From an uncultured Nitrososphaeraceae archaeon (GTDB lineage Archaea; Thermoproteota; Nitrososphaeria; Nitrososphaerales; Nitrososphaeraceae), in contig CAVXZB010000023.1 of the NCBI GenBank assembly GCA_963765895.1, forward strand, positions 128,001 through 192,000: a stretch of DNA of 64,000 bases. Reading direction: 5' to 3'. A model generated the notes under the pieces. That model did no database searches. It was not told where the DNA came from and saw only the letters and a program-made list of their open reading frames with translations. Made by a program: the position numbers and the translations under genes. Below, piece after piece: positions 34,758-45,226 of the stretch. Numbering within the stretch: position 1 is the first letter of the stretch; every line of letters begins with the position of its first letter.

Positions 34758-35116
34758 TAATAGAGAATTAATTTAATCGATTAATTACGGTCATAATACG
34801 GTTGTTCAGCTTGAATTTCTGTTATGTGAGTCGAATCTATATAACAGACACCTGGATTAATAGACTTATTATGTTGCAGTACACCCTATAGATCCAACAA
34901 TGTTTATCTTGCAATAATATCAGATTCAAAGTAACGTTTTGGAATGATGTAGCGAGTAGGAAGCAATCATCTCAAATTAAGCAGCCTAAAGCGTATTTGA
35001 TATGGTCAACTACATTAGAATACTACGTTTACGTTTTAGTTTTTATATAAGTTATTCATAATCATTAGACCTCTAAATCGACTAGATTTATTAAGAATCG
35101 ATTATCGATCATAGAT

Positions 35117-36322
35117 ATGATTATAGGTATAATTGGTAAATCCAATGTTGGTAAATCCACTTTTTTCAATGCTGTGACAGATCTTAGTGTCCAGACTGCT
35201 AATTACCCCTTCACTACTATAGAACCAAATGTGGGCGTTGCATATATTAGGATTGAATGTGTTTGTAAAGAATTTGAAGTCCAGGACAACCCGGTCCACT
35301 CGGTTTGCATTGATGGTGTCAGATTTGTCCCAGTAAAAGTCATAGATATTGCAGGTTTAGTTCCAGGTGCTCACCTTGGCAAGGGTGTGGGGAATAAGTT
35401 CTTGGATGATTCCCGTCAAGCAGATGGGCTGATTCACGTAGTAGATGCTTCTGGATCTACAGATAGTGAAGGTAGGCCGGTCGCCTCCGGGACTGCAGAT
35501 CCCCTATATGATATTAAATTTGTGAAGGAAGAGTTTGATCGCTGGCTTTGTTCCATCGCAGGAAAAGAATGGAACAAGTTCGCAAGGGAGTCTGAAAATA
35601 AGGGGCAAAAGATTGACGTTCTACTTGCAAAAAGACTATCAGGTCTAGCCATTAACGATATGCAAATAACAAGAGCGATTCATCAGTCTAATCTAGATAA
35701 CAAGAAGCCAATTCAGTGGGACGAAGAGGACATTTTGAATTTCAGCAGAATTGTGCGAATTTTATCCAAACCAACTATAATTGCTGCAAATAAGATAGAT
35801 ATCTCTTCTACTGAAACAAATATTATGATTATGAAAGAAAAAGGACATGATAATATTATCCCCTGCGCTGCAGAAGCTGAAGTACTGCTTAGACGAGCAG
35901 CAAAGAATAAAATCTTGCATTACCTCCCAGGTGATCGTTCGTTTGAAATAAGACCGAATACTAATTTAAATGAACAACAGATAAAGGCCCTGAATACCAT
36001 TAATGTACTATTCAAAAAATATGGTTCTACTGGTGTGCAGGATGTGCTAAATAAGCTGTGCTTTGAATCATTAAAACTAATTGCTGTATTTCCTGTTGAA
36101 GACGAATTCAAGTTAACTGACAAGAAGGGAAATGTTTTACCAGATACTTATTTACTACCAGATGGATCGACGCCGAAAGACTTGGCGATGAAGATACATG
36201 CAGATCTTGCGAAAAGTTTTCTTTACGCCATTGATGCCCGAACTAAACAACGATTAGGTGCTGAGTATGTACTCAAACACAGAGACGTAATAAAATTGGT
36301 CTCTACCGCAAGTAGAAGGTAA
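35117..36322 (+). CDS. ychF: Obg-family ATPase/GTPase YchF (archaeal type)
   Basis: GKSNVGKST, NYPFTTIEPN, DIAGLV, NKID; C-terminal TGS domain. Confidence 0.93.
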   Translation: MIIGIIGKSNVGKSTFFNAVTDLSVQTANYPFTTIEPNVGVAYIRIECVCKEFEVQDNPVHSVCIDGVRFVPVKVIDIAGLVPGAHLGKGVGNKFLDDSRQADGLIHVVDASGSTDSEGRPVASGTADPLYDIKFVKEEFDRWLCSIAGKEWNKFARESENKGQKIDVLLAKRLSGLAINDMQITRAIHQSNLDNKKPIQWDEEDILNFSRIVRILSKPTIIAANKIDISSTETNIMIMKEKGHDNIIPCAAEAEVLLRRAAKNKILHYLPGDRSFEIRPNTNLNEQQIKALNTINVLFKKYGSTGVQDVLNKLCFESLKLIAVFPVEDEFKLTDKKGNVLPDTYLLPDGSTPKDLAMKIHADLAKSFLYAIDARTKQRLGAEYVLKHRDVIKLVSTASRR

Positions 36323-36328
36323 CGTTTT

Positions 36329-37348
36329 ATGTATTCGCTTGGTATAGAAAGTACTGCTCATACAATTGGATGTTCGGTGATTAAAGTCAATCCAAAGAAA
36401 TTAGAATCCGACGAAAGATGTAAGATCCTATCGGATGTTCGTGCGGTTTACAAAGCTCCAACCGGATCTGGAATCCATCCTCGCGAAGCCTCTCGACATC
36501 ATTGCGAGAAAGCCCCATATATAGTAAAAAATTCCCTCAGTGAGTCTGGAATCAAGGCTGCTGACCTAGATATGATTGCATATTCAGCAGGTCCGGGTTT
36601 GGGACCATGTCTCAGGGTCGGTGCAGTTCTTGCGCGTACCCTGGCAGCCTTTCATCATAAACCGCTTGTTCCTGTGAATCACGCCTTAGGACATATAGAA
36701 TTGAGCCTAATGCTAACCAATTCGTCCGATCCGGTGGTCCTGCTCGTCTCAGGAGGACACACAATGATTCTTGGATTTAACAACAAGAAATGGAGAGTAT
36801 TTGGTGAGACACTTGATATCACTATTGGACAGCTACTAGACCAATTTGGTAGAGCAATGGGATTTGCCTCACCATGCGGTTCGGTGATAGAGCAGCTTGC
36901 AAGTGAGTCTTCAAGGCGGTATCTCCCCTTGCCCTACATTATAAAGGGAAACGATGTTTCACTCTCTGGATTACTTACTGCAGCCATAGAACGTGGAAAA
37001 GAAAAGAATACCCTTTTGACTGATGTGTGTTACTCATTGCAGGAGACATCGTTTGCGATCCTAACAGAAGCTGTAGAAAGAGCGCTTTCATTTAGTAACA
37101 AAACGGAGGTTTTAGTTGTGGGAGGAGTAGCTGCCAATAAAAGACTCGGACAGATGCTACTGGGCGCCTGTAAGAGGTTATCAAGCAGCCTATTCATCTG
37201 CCCTATTCATTATGCTGGAGATAATGGTGCTCAGATTGCCTGGACTGGTGCAATCGACCACCTTTCAACTGGAAATAGAATCCAAGTAGAACTAGGCAGC
37301 TATTCAACAATCATGGAGATTAGACACAGTCGAGGTCACTTGGAGATA
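36329..37348 (+). CDS. kae1: KEOPS t6A synthase Kae1 (true end in another frame; frameshift near 37295)
   Basis: LGIESTAHT, GIHPRE, GPGLGPCL, NHALGHIE, VSGGHT, GGVAAN, DNGAQIA. The shifted frame gives the expected IQQSWRLDTVEVTWR* ending at 37348. Confidence 0.93.
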
Positions 37349-37362
37349 GCCGAGATAAATAT

Positions 37363-37740
37363 TCACTTACGACTGTGGTCTGACCGCTCATTTGGGTTAT
37401 TATTTCTTTCTAGGTATATTTCCTTCTGTTCTTCGATCAGCTTTACCCATTTATGGATATTAAAAACCCCGAATTTGAATGCCTTGTCATCTATTGTGGT
37501 TATTACTACTTTTTTGATTATAAATCCTTCTGATTTGGCAGAAGATATCTTGTCTAGAGGCAGATCCAAAAGGACTCCTTCAACCTTCTTTGACAATGTA
37601 GCCATCATACCTTCTGTCTTCTCAAAGATGATTCTTTGATTAGTTAGGGTAAGAATTCCATTCTTTAATCTGTCTTCTGCACAATCTTCCTGAAATACCC
37701 TTATCTCTCCCTCCTTAGGATCCGCTTCTGAAGAACTCAT
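37363..37740 (-). CDS. PH/GRAM-like small protein
   Basis: GILTLTNQRIIFE, LPLDKI, terminal WVKLI helix typical of PH folds. Confidence 0.65.
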   Translation of the reverse strand: MSSSEADPKEGEIRVFQEDCAEDRLKNGILTLTNQRIIFEKTEGMMATLSKKVEGVLLDLPLDKISSAKSEGFIIKKVVITTIDDKAFKFGVFNIHKWVKLIEEQKEIYLERNNNPNERSDHSRK

Positions 37741-38504
37741 CGGAACTATATTATTTAGGCGCGTATTATAGATTACGTAGGCCTAGTCTCACAAGTCGGA
37801 TTATAGATGATTTCTGATAAATAAAACGTGATTAGTATTAGTTTTCGATTAGGATTTCCAGTTGAGACAGTGTTAAATACAGGTATGTAATTCTAGTAGA
37901 TACCAAAATCTTCGAAATGGATTTCATAGTAATGTTTACGATACAATTATTTCCCTGTATTCTGTATTGAGGGCACGAAATGTGTTGTTAATAAGGGATA
38001 CCTCTACAGGATACAATAGCTGCTCAATGATACGGAGATAGAAAAGATGAATTTTGTGATGTTATTGATGATTGTGAGAGATAATAAATTTTCGCTCTCA
38101 TAAGAGTAACTTAGATGGATTACACGATATAACTTGAGAGTAGCAATCATATAAAGACATGAATATCACAATTGTCAATTCAATAGTTATCCAATGCTTA
38201 TTCAAACAGCTTTGGATATTGGAATAAATATGCAATAAATATGCAATAGTAGTGAATACCACCATCATTAGTAATAATTATAGTTTAGACATCATGATAT
38301 ACATTGTTACTCAGTGCGGCGCTAACGAAATTCCCTTGTCTATCTTTAGAATATATTGCTTATTTCTAACTTGATTCCTTAATATAGGTGTGAGGAAATA
38401 AATCTAAGGCCATATCCAACACTGATGCACCCCATAAGCCCCTTATTGATATAAGGCTACACTTTGTATAGTATTATTTATGAAACAAATAATCTGTAAA
38501 ATAA

Positions 38505-38762
38505 TCACGATTTAGCTTTCCCTCTTTTTCTTGTCAATAGTGCAGCATTCTTGCGCTCAATCAATCCTTGGTCGTAGCCATAATCAAAATAAATCACATT
38601 TGATGTTTCGTATTCTGGATTATCTATTTCTAATTCTTCGATACTCATTAAAGCATCAAAAGAATTAACGTAACTATGGGATTTCATTAGTAAATTCCAT
38701 CTATGTCTTGTGGCTTGTTTGGCTAGGTCTATTGTTGAAAATACACCGATTTTCATGAACAA
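38505..38762 (-). CDS. Hypothetical protein downstream of the poly-His peptide gene
   Basis: 85-aa ORF, IGVFSTIDLAK...IEELEID pattern; no family recognised. Confidence 0.4.
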   Translation of the reverse strand: MFMKIGVFSTIDLAKQATRHRWNLLMKSHSYVNSFDALMSIEELEIDNPEYETSNVIYFDYGYDQGLIERKNAALLTRKRGKAKS

Positions 38763-38785
38763 AAAATAACATAATTTTTTATTCC

Positions 38786-38800
38786 AAAAAAAGAAAAAAA
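38786..38800 (-). terminator. Archaeal oligo-U terminator of the poly-His peptide gene
   Basis: TTTTTTTCTTTTTTT on the minus strand, 60 nt after the stop. Confidence 0.55.
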
Positions 38801-38859
38801 TGGCTGCATTGTCAGCGTAGTTTATATTGATTATACTCTAGCCTACTGGGGACGTTTTT

Positions 38860-39018
38860 CTAATGGTGGCGATGATGGAAGAAGTGGTGGTGATGGTGGT
38901 GGTGGTGGTGGTCTGAATGTGCGAATGCATTGTTGGTTAGAGCAGGCGCAGTGGCTACTAGAGCTAATGCAGCTATCATTGCAAGTATGCCTATAACTGT
39001 GGTGGTTCGAGTTTTCAA
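38860..39018 (-). CDS. Secreted poly-histidine micropeptide precursor (52 aa, not in ORF track)
   Basis: Manual translation MKTRTTTVIGILAMIAALALVATAPALTNNAFA-HSDHHHHHHHHHFFHHRHH*. TTG start, TATA (TAATATATAA) 23-32 nt upstream, T-tract downstream. Confidence 0.8.
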   Translation of the reverse strand: MKTRTTTVIGILAMIAALALVATAPALTNNAFAHSDHHHHHHHHHFFHHRHH

Positions 39019-39464
39019 CTTACTACAGTATTAGATTTTGTTATATATTAGGTTAAGGTAACAAAGTAAACTGATGCAGTTACCAAATATTAGTATATTC
39101 GACAAATGTACTGCCGGTGACAAATGAGGCAATGAGTATTGTAATTTGTTTCTTTAACCCAATCTCAATCATAAGTTTCACAAGTTAAACTATAATTCGC
39201 ATTTATGATGGGATATCTTATACCTATTGTCACTGCTGTTATCAGTCTACTAGTAAAATAATTTACAGTCAAATACTCCTAACGATATACGTCAACCTAT
39301 GTGTAAGCAAATTACTGTATAGAACATGAGATATCCCAAGAACCGATAGAGAGGACAAATGCATGTTTTCACAGGACTGAATCCGCTCTAAACTCAACAG
39401 TTTGGACCATATAAAATACTATCTACAATGGTTACTTAGCTAGAAATTGTAGGCGACCGTTGTA

Positions 39465-39521
39465 GAATTCAGCCGTCTTAGGGGATGATACTCACCTACC
39501 TATGATATCTCGGCTGAATTC
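39465..39521. other. Long stem-loop 1
   Basis: Perfect 11-bp IR GAATTCAGCCG/CGGCTGAATTC with further inner pairing TAGG/CCTA, GG/CC, TGA/TCA. Confidence 0.7.
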
Positions 39522-39635
39522 GATTTAACGATCGGCTGCTGATTGACAGTCAATATTATAGAGATGGGGTTGGTATTATACATTAGATAACATAGTTAAA
39601 TTTAGATAAATAACATCTTCGTCACAATTATATTT

Positions 39636-39704
39636 TGGCCGTTGGCAAATTGCGGTCAAGGTTTCTACGTGGTGGTGGTACTTGATTGCAAGATCCAACG
39701 GCCA
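39636..39704 (+). ncRNA. Long stem-loop 2, candidate small RNA
   Basis: TGGCCGTTGG/CCAACGGCCA plus TTGCGGTCAAG/CTTGATTGCAA (two G-U pairs, valid only on +). The structure is seen; RNA status is inferred. Confidence 0.4.
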
Positions 39705-40277
39705 CTTCAATTGTTAATTTAAAATTATACAAAGAATATTCAAATAAATTTCTAAATTTGTACAAACTAGCGAACCTAAGATTTTCGATGCTTATGCTAT
39801 CTCCAAATTATCAAAAATGCCGCCAAAATTCATCCAAATGCAAGGAGATGTGGTGCTGAATCAAAATCTGCCACATGTAAGTCTTATCTAGAGATAGCAT
39901 AATCAACATACTTGTAAAACACACAACAGTAGTAAGAGATTCTGCTGCGTCATCCAGAGTGTGAGAGTTTATCTGTGAAGGCAGCTAGTATAAATTGAAT
40001 TTAGAATCTAACAAAAGTTAAACTTAGCCGAAATATTGATCTGGTTTTTATAGTTTATAAGATGCACTTCTGACGGCGTTGGAAAAAGGATAATATTATC
40101 AGACAGAGTTGATAGTTCCTTGATAGGTTTATCCTCACATAGAATAAAACATGGAACTGCGAGACCTGAGAGGTTCTGAATATAAATTAGTTGGCGGATC
40201 AAGTATAGCATGACTATTTGAAATCTTAATCTAGAAACACAATAATTATACATCAGAAAAATCGTCACTATTCATAT

Positions 40278-40892
40278 TTGAATATGGATTATCTAGAGCA
40301 TCTCCGTAATTCAGACCATCGCCTGGCTAAAATTATCGCTGTGATTGGATCATATTCTATAAAGAAAAAGAATGATTCATTTCAAGCATTGATAGAATCT
40401 ATAATCTATCAGCAACTAAATGGACGTGCTGCTGACACCATTTGCGGGAGATTATATGCATATTACGAAAATTCGATCCCAACGCCAAAACAAATTATTT
40501 CGAGCTCAGACAATGAACTAAGAACTCAAGTAGGTCTATCAGGAATGAAAATTATGTATCTAAAGGATCTTGCAACTCATATTCTAGACAATAGGTTGAG
40601 CTTGTTTGACCTACCTAGAATGGAAGATGGAGAAATAATTAGTAGGTTAACAAGAGTAAAAGGCATAGGAAGATGGACAGCAGAAATGTATTTGATGTTC
40701 TTTCTGGGTAGGGAAGATGTATTACCTGTAACTGATCTAGGTTTGAGAAATGCCATGAAAAGAATTTATTCGTTAGATAAGCTTCCTACACCTATGAAGA
40801 TGATTGAGATAGCCAACCCCTGGAGACCATATAGGAGTGTTGCCACGTGGTATTTGTGGAAGTCTTTATCTAATTTTAATAGTATTGGTTAA
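40278..40892 (+). CDS. DNA-3-methyladenine glycosylase (AlkA/HhH-GPD family)
   Basis: SIIYQQL, VKGIGRWTAEM, DVLPVTDLG, WRPYRSVA. Confidence 0.93.
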   Translation: MNMDYLEHLRNSDHRLAKIIAVIGSYSIKKKNDSFQALIESIIYQQLNGRAADTICGRLYAYYENSIPTPKQIISSSDNELRTQVGLSGMKIMYLKDLATHILDNRLSLFDLPRMEDGEIISRLTRVKGIGRWTAEMYLMFFLGREDVLPVTDLGLRNAMKRIYSLDKLPTPMKMIEIANPWRPYRSVATWYLWKSLSNFNSIG

Positions 40893-41354
40893 AGTTGAGG
40901 TGATTCGACACGGACTTAAGGGTGATTTCTAAATATTGCCAAACTTACTAAAGCTTCAAATTCCACGATATTGACTTGATTTCTATCATAATTTTTCTGT
41001 TGTATGTAAGCGACTAGTGTGGCCTGAAATTGCAAGTACAGACTGAATCCAATTGATATAAAGTCCCTGAGCCCATTGTCATGTCTATATTGCTCAGCAC
41101 GTATAAATAATAATACTAATCTCACGCTGAGCCAAATCTTAGGCTACAAACAATCATGTAAAAAAGCATATTTTTGAAATCAACATGGGATTTGTATCGG
41201 TATTATCTAATTTGAAGTGGTGCTATGTATATAAAATCATATTTGTACTAGGAATATCAAATATATATATTATTATTATAATGTTAAATGGTTAGTTACC
41301 ATTGTTAATTAATAAATAAATAGTTATTACAACATTGAAGGCACTAGAAAAACA

Positions 41355-41806
41355 ATGAATAGATTAACAACAATCTCATTTGTTGCAGTTATCGCACTTG
41401 CAGCAATACTCTTAACATCGTCCATGGCACATGTTAGCCCAGTGGTCGCAAAGAAAAGCGGAAGTACCAGCGATAAAAGTGGCAGCAGTGGAAGTAGCGG
41501 TGGCAGCAGTGGAAGTAGCGGTGGCAGCAGTGGAAGTAGTAGTAGTAGCGAGCAGTAGCTCATCTAAAAGCGACTATGATAAATTCCAGAAATGCCTCTC
41601 GGATGCCGCTTCAAGTGGGGGGTCTGCAACCAAATCACAAATAAAGACTTGCTATGGCTCAACCTATGGAACAGGTGGCAGCAGTGGAAGTAGCGGTGGC
41701 GAGCAGTGGAAGTAGCGGTGGGAGCAGTGGAAGTAGCGGTGGCAGCAGTGGAAGTAGCGGTGGCAGCAGTGGAAGTAGCGGTGGCAGCAGTGGCGCTGGA
41801 GCCTAG
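41355..41806 (+). CDS. Secreted Gly/Ser-rich protein with central two-Cys domain (frameshifts inside repeats)
   Basis: Signal peptide, (GSSGSSG)n, SDYDKFQKCLSDAA...QIKTCYGSTY, more (GSSGSSG)n, SGAGA* at 41806; T-tract at about 41870. Confidence 0.7.
41481..41793 (+). repeat. 21-bp coding tandem repeat GGCAGCAGTGGAAGTAGCGGT in two blocks
   Basis: Head-to-tail copies at about 41481-41540 and 41677-41793, with no spacers. Confidence 0.9.
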
Positions 41807-42369
41807 TGACAACACAATAACAATAGATAGCAAGATTTAGATCACAACCATAGTTTTACTATCTACACCTTTTTTGATTTCTAATTTATGCGGCCTAATA
41901 GGTAGTTTGAACGCTCTCCATCTAATCATCTTTTGTAGTTCGAAGAATAATTCAAAAATACAGAACATACTCCCGGGCTAATACAAAATTAAGGTAAACT
42001 GATATTGGTAAGATCATTGCTTGGGATATGTACAATAAGAAACTCTTAATGTCATAAATGTTAAGAAAATGATTATAAGGATTTGACAACGAGAGTGGGC
42101 ATGACCTAGACAGTTTACTATATAACGCCAACGATGAATAATGCTAATCTCAGACTATCAATTTACGTAATATCTGGATTTGTGACTAATTAATGTAAAT
42201 AGACTTTACAGACCTTCTTTTAATAAATATCACGCTGAAATGTGAATAATATGAGATGTGATACGGGTTGGATTATGCTATTTATCTTGTCTTACCGCAA
42301 AAAATCGACAAAATAAAAACGAAAATATTTTTATGTGGAAACTGAAAAGTACAACGCAGTACCAAAGAA

Positions 42370-42543
42370 ATGATGACTGACGACGACATACTTGAAATGC
42401 TGCCTCGACGACATGCAGACTTGCCGATCAAAGACATTACAAATAGAATGGATAATTTGATAATAAGAAGAAAGGTACGAATTGTATTGGATGATTTTGA
42501 TGAACCTTGGTATTTTCGAAATGAAGAAAGAGAAAGGAAATGA
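42370..42543 (+). CDS. Possible small hypothetical protein (57 aa)
   Basis: MMTDDDILEMLPRRHADLPIKDITNRMDNLIIRRKVRIVLDDFDEPWYFRNEERERK*; looks more protein-like than the antisense ORF in the track. Confidence 0.4.
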   Translation: MMTDDDILEMLPRRHADLPIKDITNRMDNLIIRRKVRIVLDDFDEPWYFRNEERERK

Positions 42544-42861
42544 ACTGTCTTATTTGCCTGCAAACGAATTTCAGTATGGCTGAGGCTTAATAGCTGGGGT
42601 TTGATATAATGTGATACCTGACTCTTACAGGACTGAATACAAATGAAAGTATATCAAGTGATAACTCATGACGAACAACAGACAATCGTCTTATTTACCA
42701 TTAGCTATAATCTTTTGAGCTAATGCTTGAGTAGCTCCATAAAAAGTCATTATAACTCATCAGTAATAAAGCAATTTAGTGACGTAGTCATGTAGTTACG
42801 ATTAAAAAAAATTTTGCTGTTTTTCGGCTTAAGTCCGAAGCTAATTAGACCTGAATAAACA

Positions 42862-44676
42862 CTATGGTCTTTCTGAAGGCATTGATAACGGTGCAGCCTT
42901 ATCAACATCTCTTTTTTTTCCTGCCATAATCGCAAAGGCAATAGAAAAAACTGACAATATCGCGGTAGTGAGAAAGATCGAGTTGTATGCTCCGCTTGAA
43001 GGAAATGTTACCGAATTGGTAGCTCCATTTATTTTCAGTATTTGTTGTTGCGATTGCATAAGCATTCCGGCAATTGCAGGGCCAAGCGCGCTACCTATAA
43101 TCCTAATTAGGCTAGTCATTCCAGTAGAAATACCCAAAGATTGTGCGGGAGTTGCCAATATTATAATGTTCATTACCCCCACCGCAGCAAATGATAATCC
43201 TACACTTATAACTGCCAGACCTATCGATACAAATAATTGAGTTGAATGCAACGCATAAATAGCGAAGAATCCAATCGTAGTAATAATAGTTCCCGCAATC
43301 ATGGGTGTTCTTGATCCCATCTTAGATACTATGAAACCAGAGGTAGGGCCAGATATAAGTAATATGATTGAATAAGGGATCTGAATCTTTGTAGCTTCGA
43401 TCACACTATCACCAAATCCTAGAGGATTGGGAGATCTAGCAAGAATTGGTATAGTTTGCATCACCATAAACATTGTCATTCCAATCACTAGCATAACCAA
43501 GTTCCCTGGTAGGATTACTTTGTTCGCCATAAGTTTAAGATCCAACAGTGGTGACTGTGCCCGTCTTTCTACTAAAATAAATCCTATAAATGAGGATATT
43601 CCTAGTATTGCAAAAGAGATAGTTGTCATAGTAGAATAATTTCTATTATTAACAAAGGACCCTGACGACGAAGCAGTCAAATTTTCTCCAGGTGGTTGTA
43701 AGAACGTAAATACGAGCAAAATAGAAACTATTGCGACTGCAAGTGTGACTGCGCCTTTTATATCTAAATGTTGCCTTTTAATTTTATTGGGATCGATCCC
43801 GATGTTATTGTCATTTTTGACCTGATCTAGGTCATCATCCATATCTTTATTGTATTTTTGTATTTGTTTTTGTCTTGGTCTTTGTCTAGAATCGTTGTTA
43901 TTATTGTTCTCACTAGTCAAATCGTTCTTGCTGCCACTATTGCTATCCTTGTCACCGTAATTGTTACTAGCATAGTCGTCTCTATGATCTTTAACATTAA
44001 CAAATTTCCAAATAATGATCAAAAGGAATATGGAAATTGGTATCACAGAAATGAATGTTGCATGCCAGCCGTAATATTGGATTATGCCGCCACCGACTAC
44101 TAATCCTATTACAGAACCACTAGCGTACATTGATGTAATAATCCCTTGACCTATCGAAATTTTATTACGTGGAAATTGAGATCTGATCATAGTATATGCA
44201 ACAGGAAACATCCCCATTCCTACTCCTTGAAAAGATCTAGCAATTAACATGGTGTAGAAGGTGCTTGAAGATGCGGCGACAGTAACGCCTATTGCATAAA
44301 TAACCATTATCATCAACAAAATTTTCTTCCTGCCATATATGTCTGATAATTTCCCAGCAATAGGAGTCATAACCGCCCCAGCCACTAAGTAGATAGTCAT
44401 TAGCCAAGATGAGGCATTATATGAAACATGAAAGTCTCGGATGAGATCAGGAATTGCGGGTATTAGCATAGTTTCAGCATAAGTCACCATCGTTGCAATT
44501 AAACTGAGAATTGCTACTACTTTCCAGGCAGCGGGGGAAATTTTTTCCGATTTTCCTGTATGCTCCGATACCGCAATGGATCTGTGTGATGGTAAGTAAC
44601 TATTTCTGATATTAGTTAAGTCTGGATGCCGACCATTTTTATCGTTATTTATATTATTAATTTTAGCATTCTTCAT
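42862..44676 (-). CDS. MFS transporter (paralogue of 17396..19033)
   Basis: GKLSDIYGRKK, ETMLIPAI, Asn/Asp-rich central loop. Confidence 0.93.
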   Translation of the reverse strand: MKNAKINNINNDKNGRHPDLTNIRNSYLPSHRSIAVSEHTGKSEKISPAAWKVVAILSLIATMVTYAETMLIPAIPDLIRDFHVSYNASSWLMTIYLVAGAVMTPIAGKLSDIYGRKKILLMIMVIYAIGVTVAASSSTFYTMLIARSFQGVGMGMFPVAYTMIRSQFPRNKISIGQGIITSMYASGSVIGLVVGGGIIQYYGWHATFISVIPISIFLLIIIWKFVNVKDHRDDYASNNYGDKDSNSGSKNDLTSENNNNNDSRQRPRQKQIQKYNKDMDDDLDQVKNDNNIGIDPNKIKRQHLDIKGAVTLAVAIVSILLVFTFLQPPGENLTASSSGSFVNNRNYSTMTTISFAILGISSFIGFILVERRAQSPLLDLKLMANKVILPGNLVMLVIGMTMFMVMQTIPILARSPNPLGFGDSVIEATKIQIPYSIILLISGPTSGFIVSKMGSRTPMIAGTIITTIGFFAIYALHSTQLFVSIGLAVISVGLSFAAVGVMNIIILATPAQSLGISTGMTSLIRIIGSALGPAIAGMLMQSQQQILKINGATNSVTFPSSGAYNSIFLTTAILSVFSIAFAIMAGKKRDVDKAAPLSMPSERP

Positions 44677-44695
44677 ATTGATTCACTTGAAGTAT

Positions 44696-45226
44696 CTAGG
44701 TAACTCTGCTCTTTGAATTTAGATTAGCTATTTGAGATTCGACAACGATTTTACGAATCTCGGAGTCTAAGGCATAATGAGTCTCAAGATTCTGATTTAT
44801 TCTCTCCAAAACTAGTTGTGTTATTTCCAGCTGATCCCTATTAATTCCTTCAGTCAAATACCTTCTAAATAGATGTGCACACGAGTGCATCTGCCCTAGT
44901 AATGCTTCGGCCCTTTTCGTAAGATATAATCTGTTGATTCGTCTATCAGTATGATCTGGCCTCCTTAAGACTAATTTCTTTGACTCTAGTCTATCAATTA
45001 AAGGTATAAGAGAGGAAGTATCTAAACCCAATTTATCAGAAATTTCTCTCTGACTAATTCCAGTTTGTGTTGCTAGGGCATTTATGGCTCTCCATTGTGC
45101 CATAGTTATGCCAACTTTATTACGTAATTCTAAATCAAATGCATGTTGAATCGTCTTTGAAACTTGAATAATCTTATGTCCTATATGATTTTCGCTATTA
45201 AGCTCAGCCAGATCATTAAGTATCAT
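44696..45226 (-). CDS. MarR-family regulator (paralogue of 11764..12312), probably co-transcribed with the MFS gene
   Basis: AFDLELRNKVGITMAQWRAIN...LIDRLE...DRRINRLYLT; 19-nt gap to the MFS gene. Confidence 0.92.
   Translation of the reverse strand: MILNDLAELNSENHIGHKIIQVSKTIQHAFDLELRNKVGITMAQWRAINALATQTGISQREISDKLGLDTSSLIPLIDRLESKKLVLRRPDHTDRRINRLYLTKRAEALLGQMHSCAHLFRRYLTEGINRDQLEITQLVLERINQNLETHYALDSEIRKIVVESQIANLNSKSRVT

Noticed and set aside
37349-37639. C-terminal extension of Kae1 in the ORF track
   Set aside because: Frameshift artefact running antisense through the PH-like gene; the normal terminus is in another frame.
41481-41793. 21-bp repeats as a CRISPR array
   Set aside because: Head-to-tail with no unique spacers, in-frame Gly/Ser coding, and no cas genes.
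41327-41833. Leu/Pro-rich, Ala/Thr-rich and VAAVEV ORFs
   Set aside because: Alternative frames and strands of the Gly/Ser repeat.
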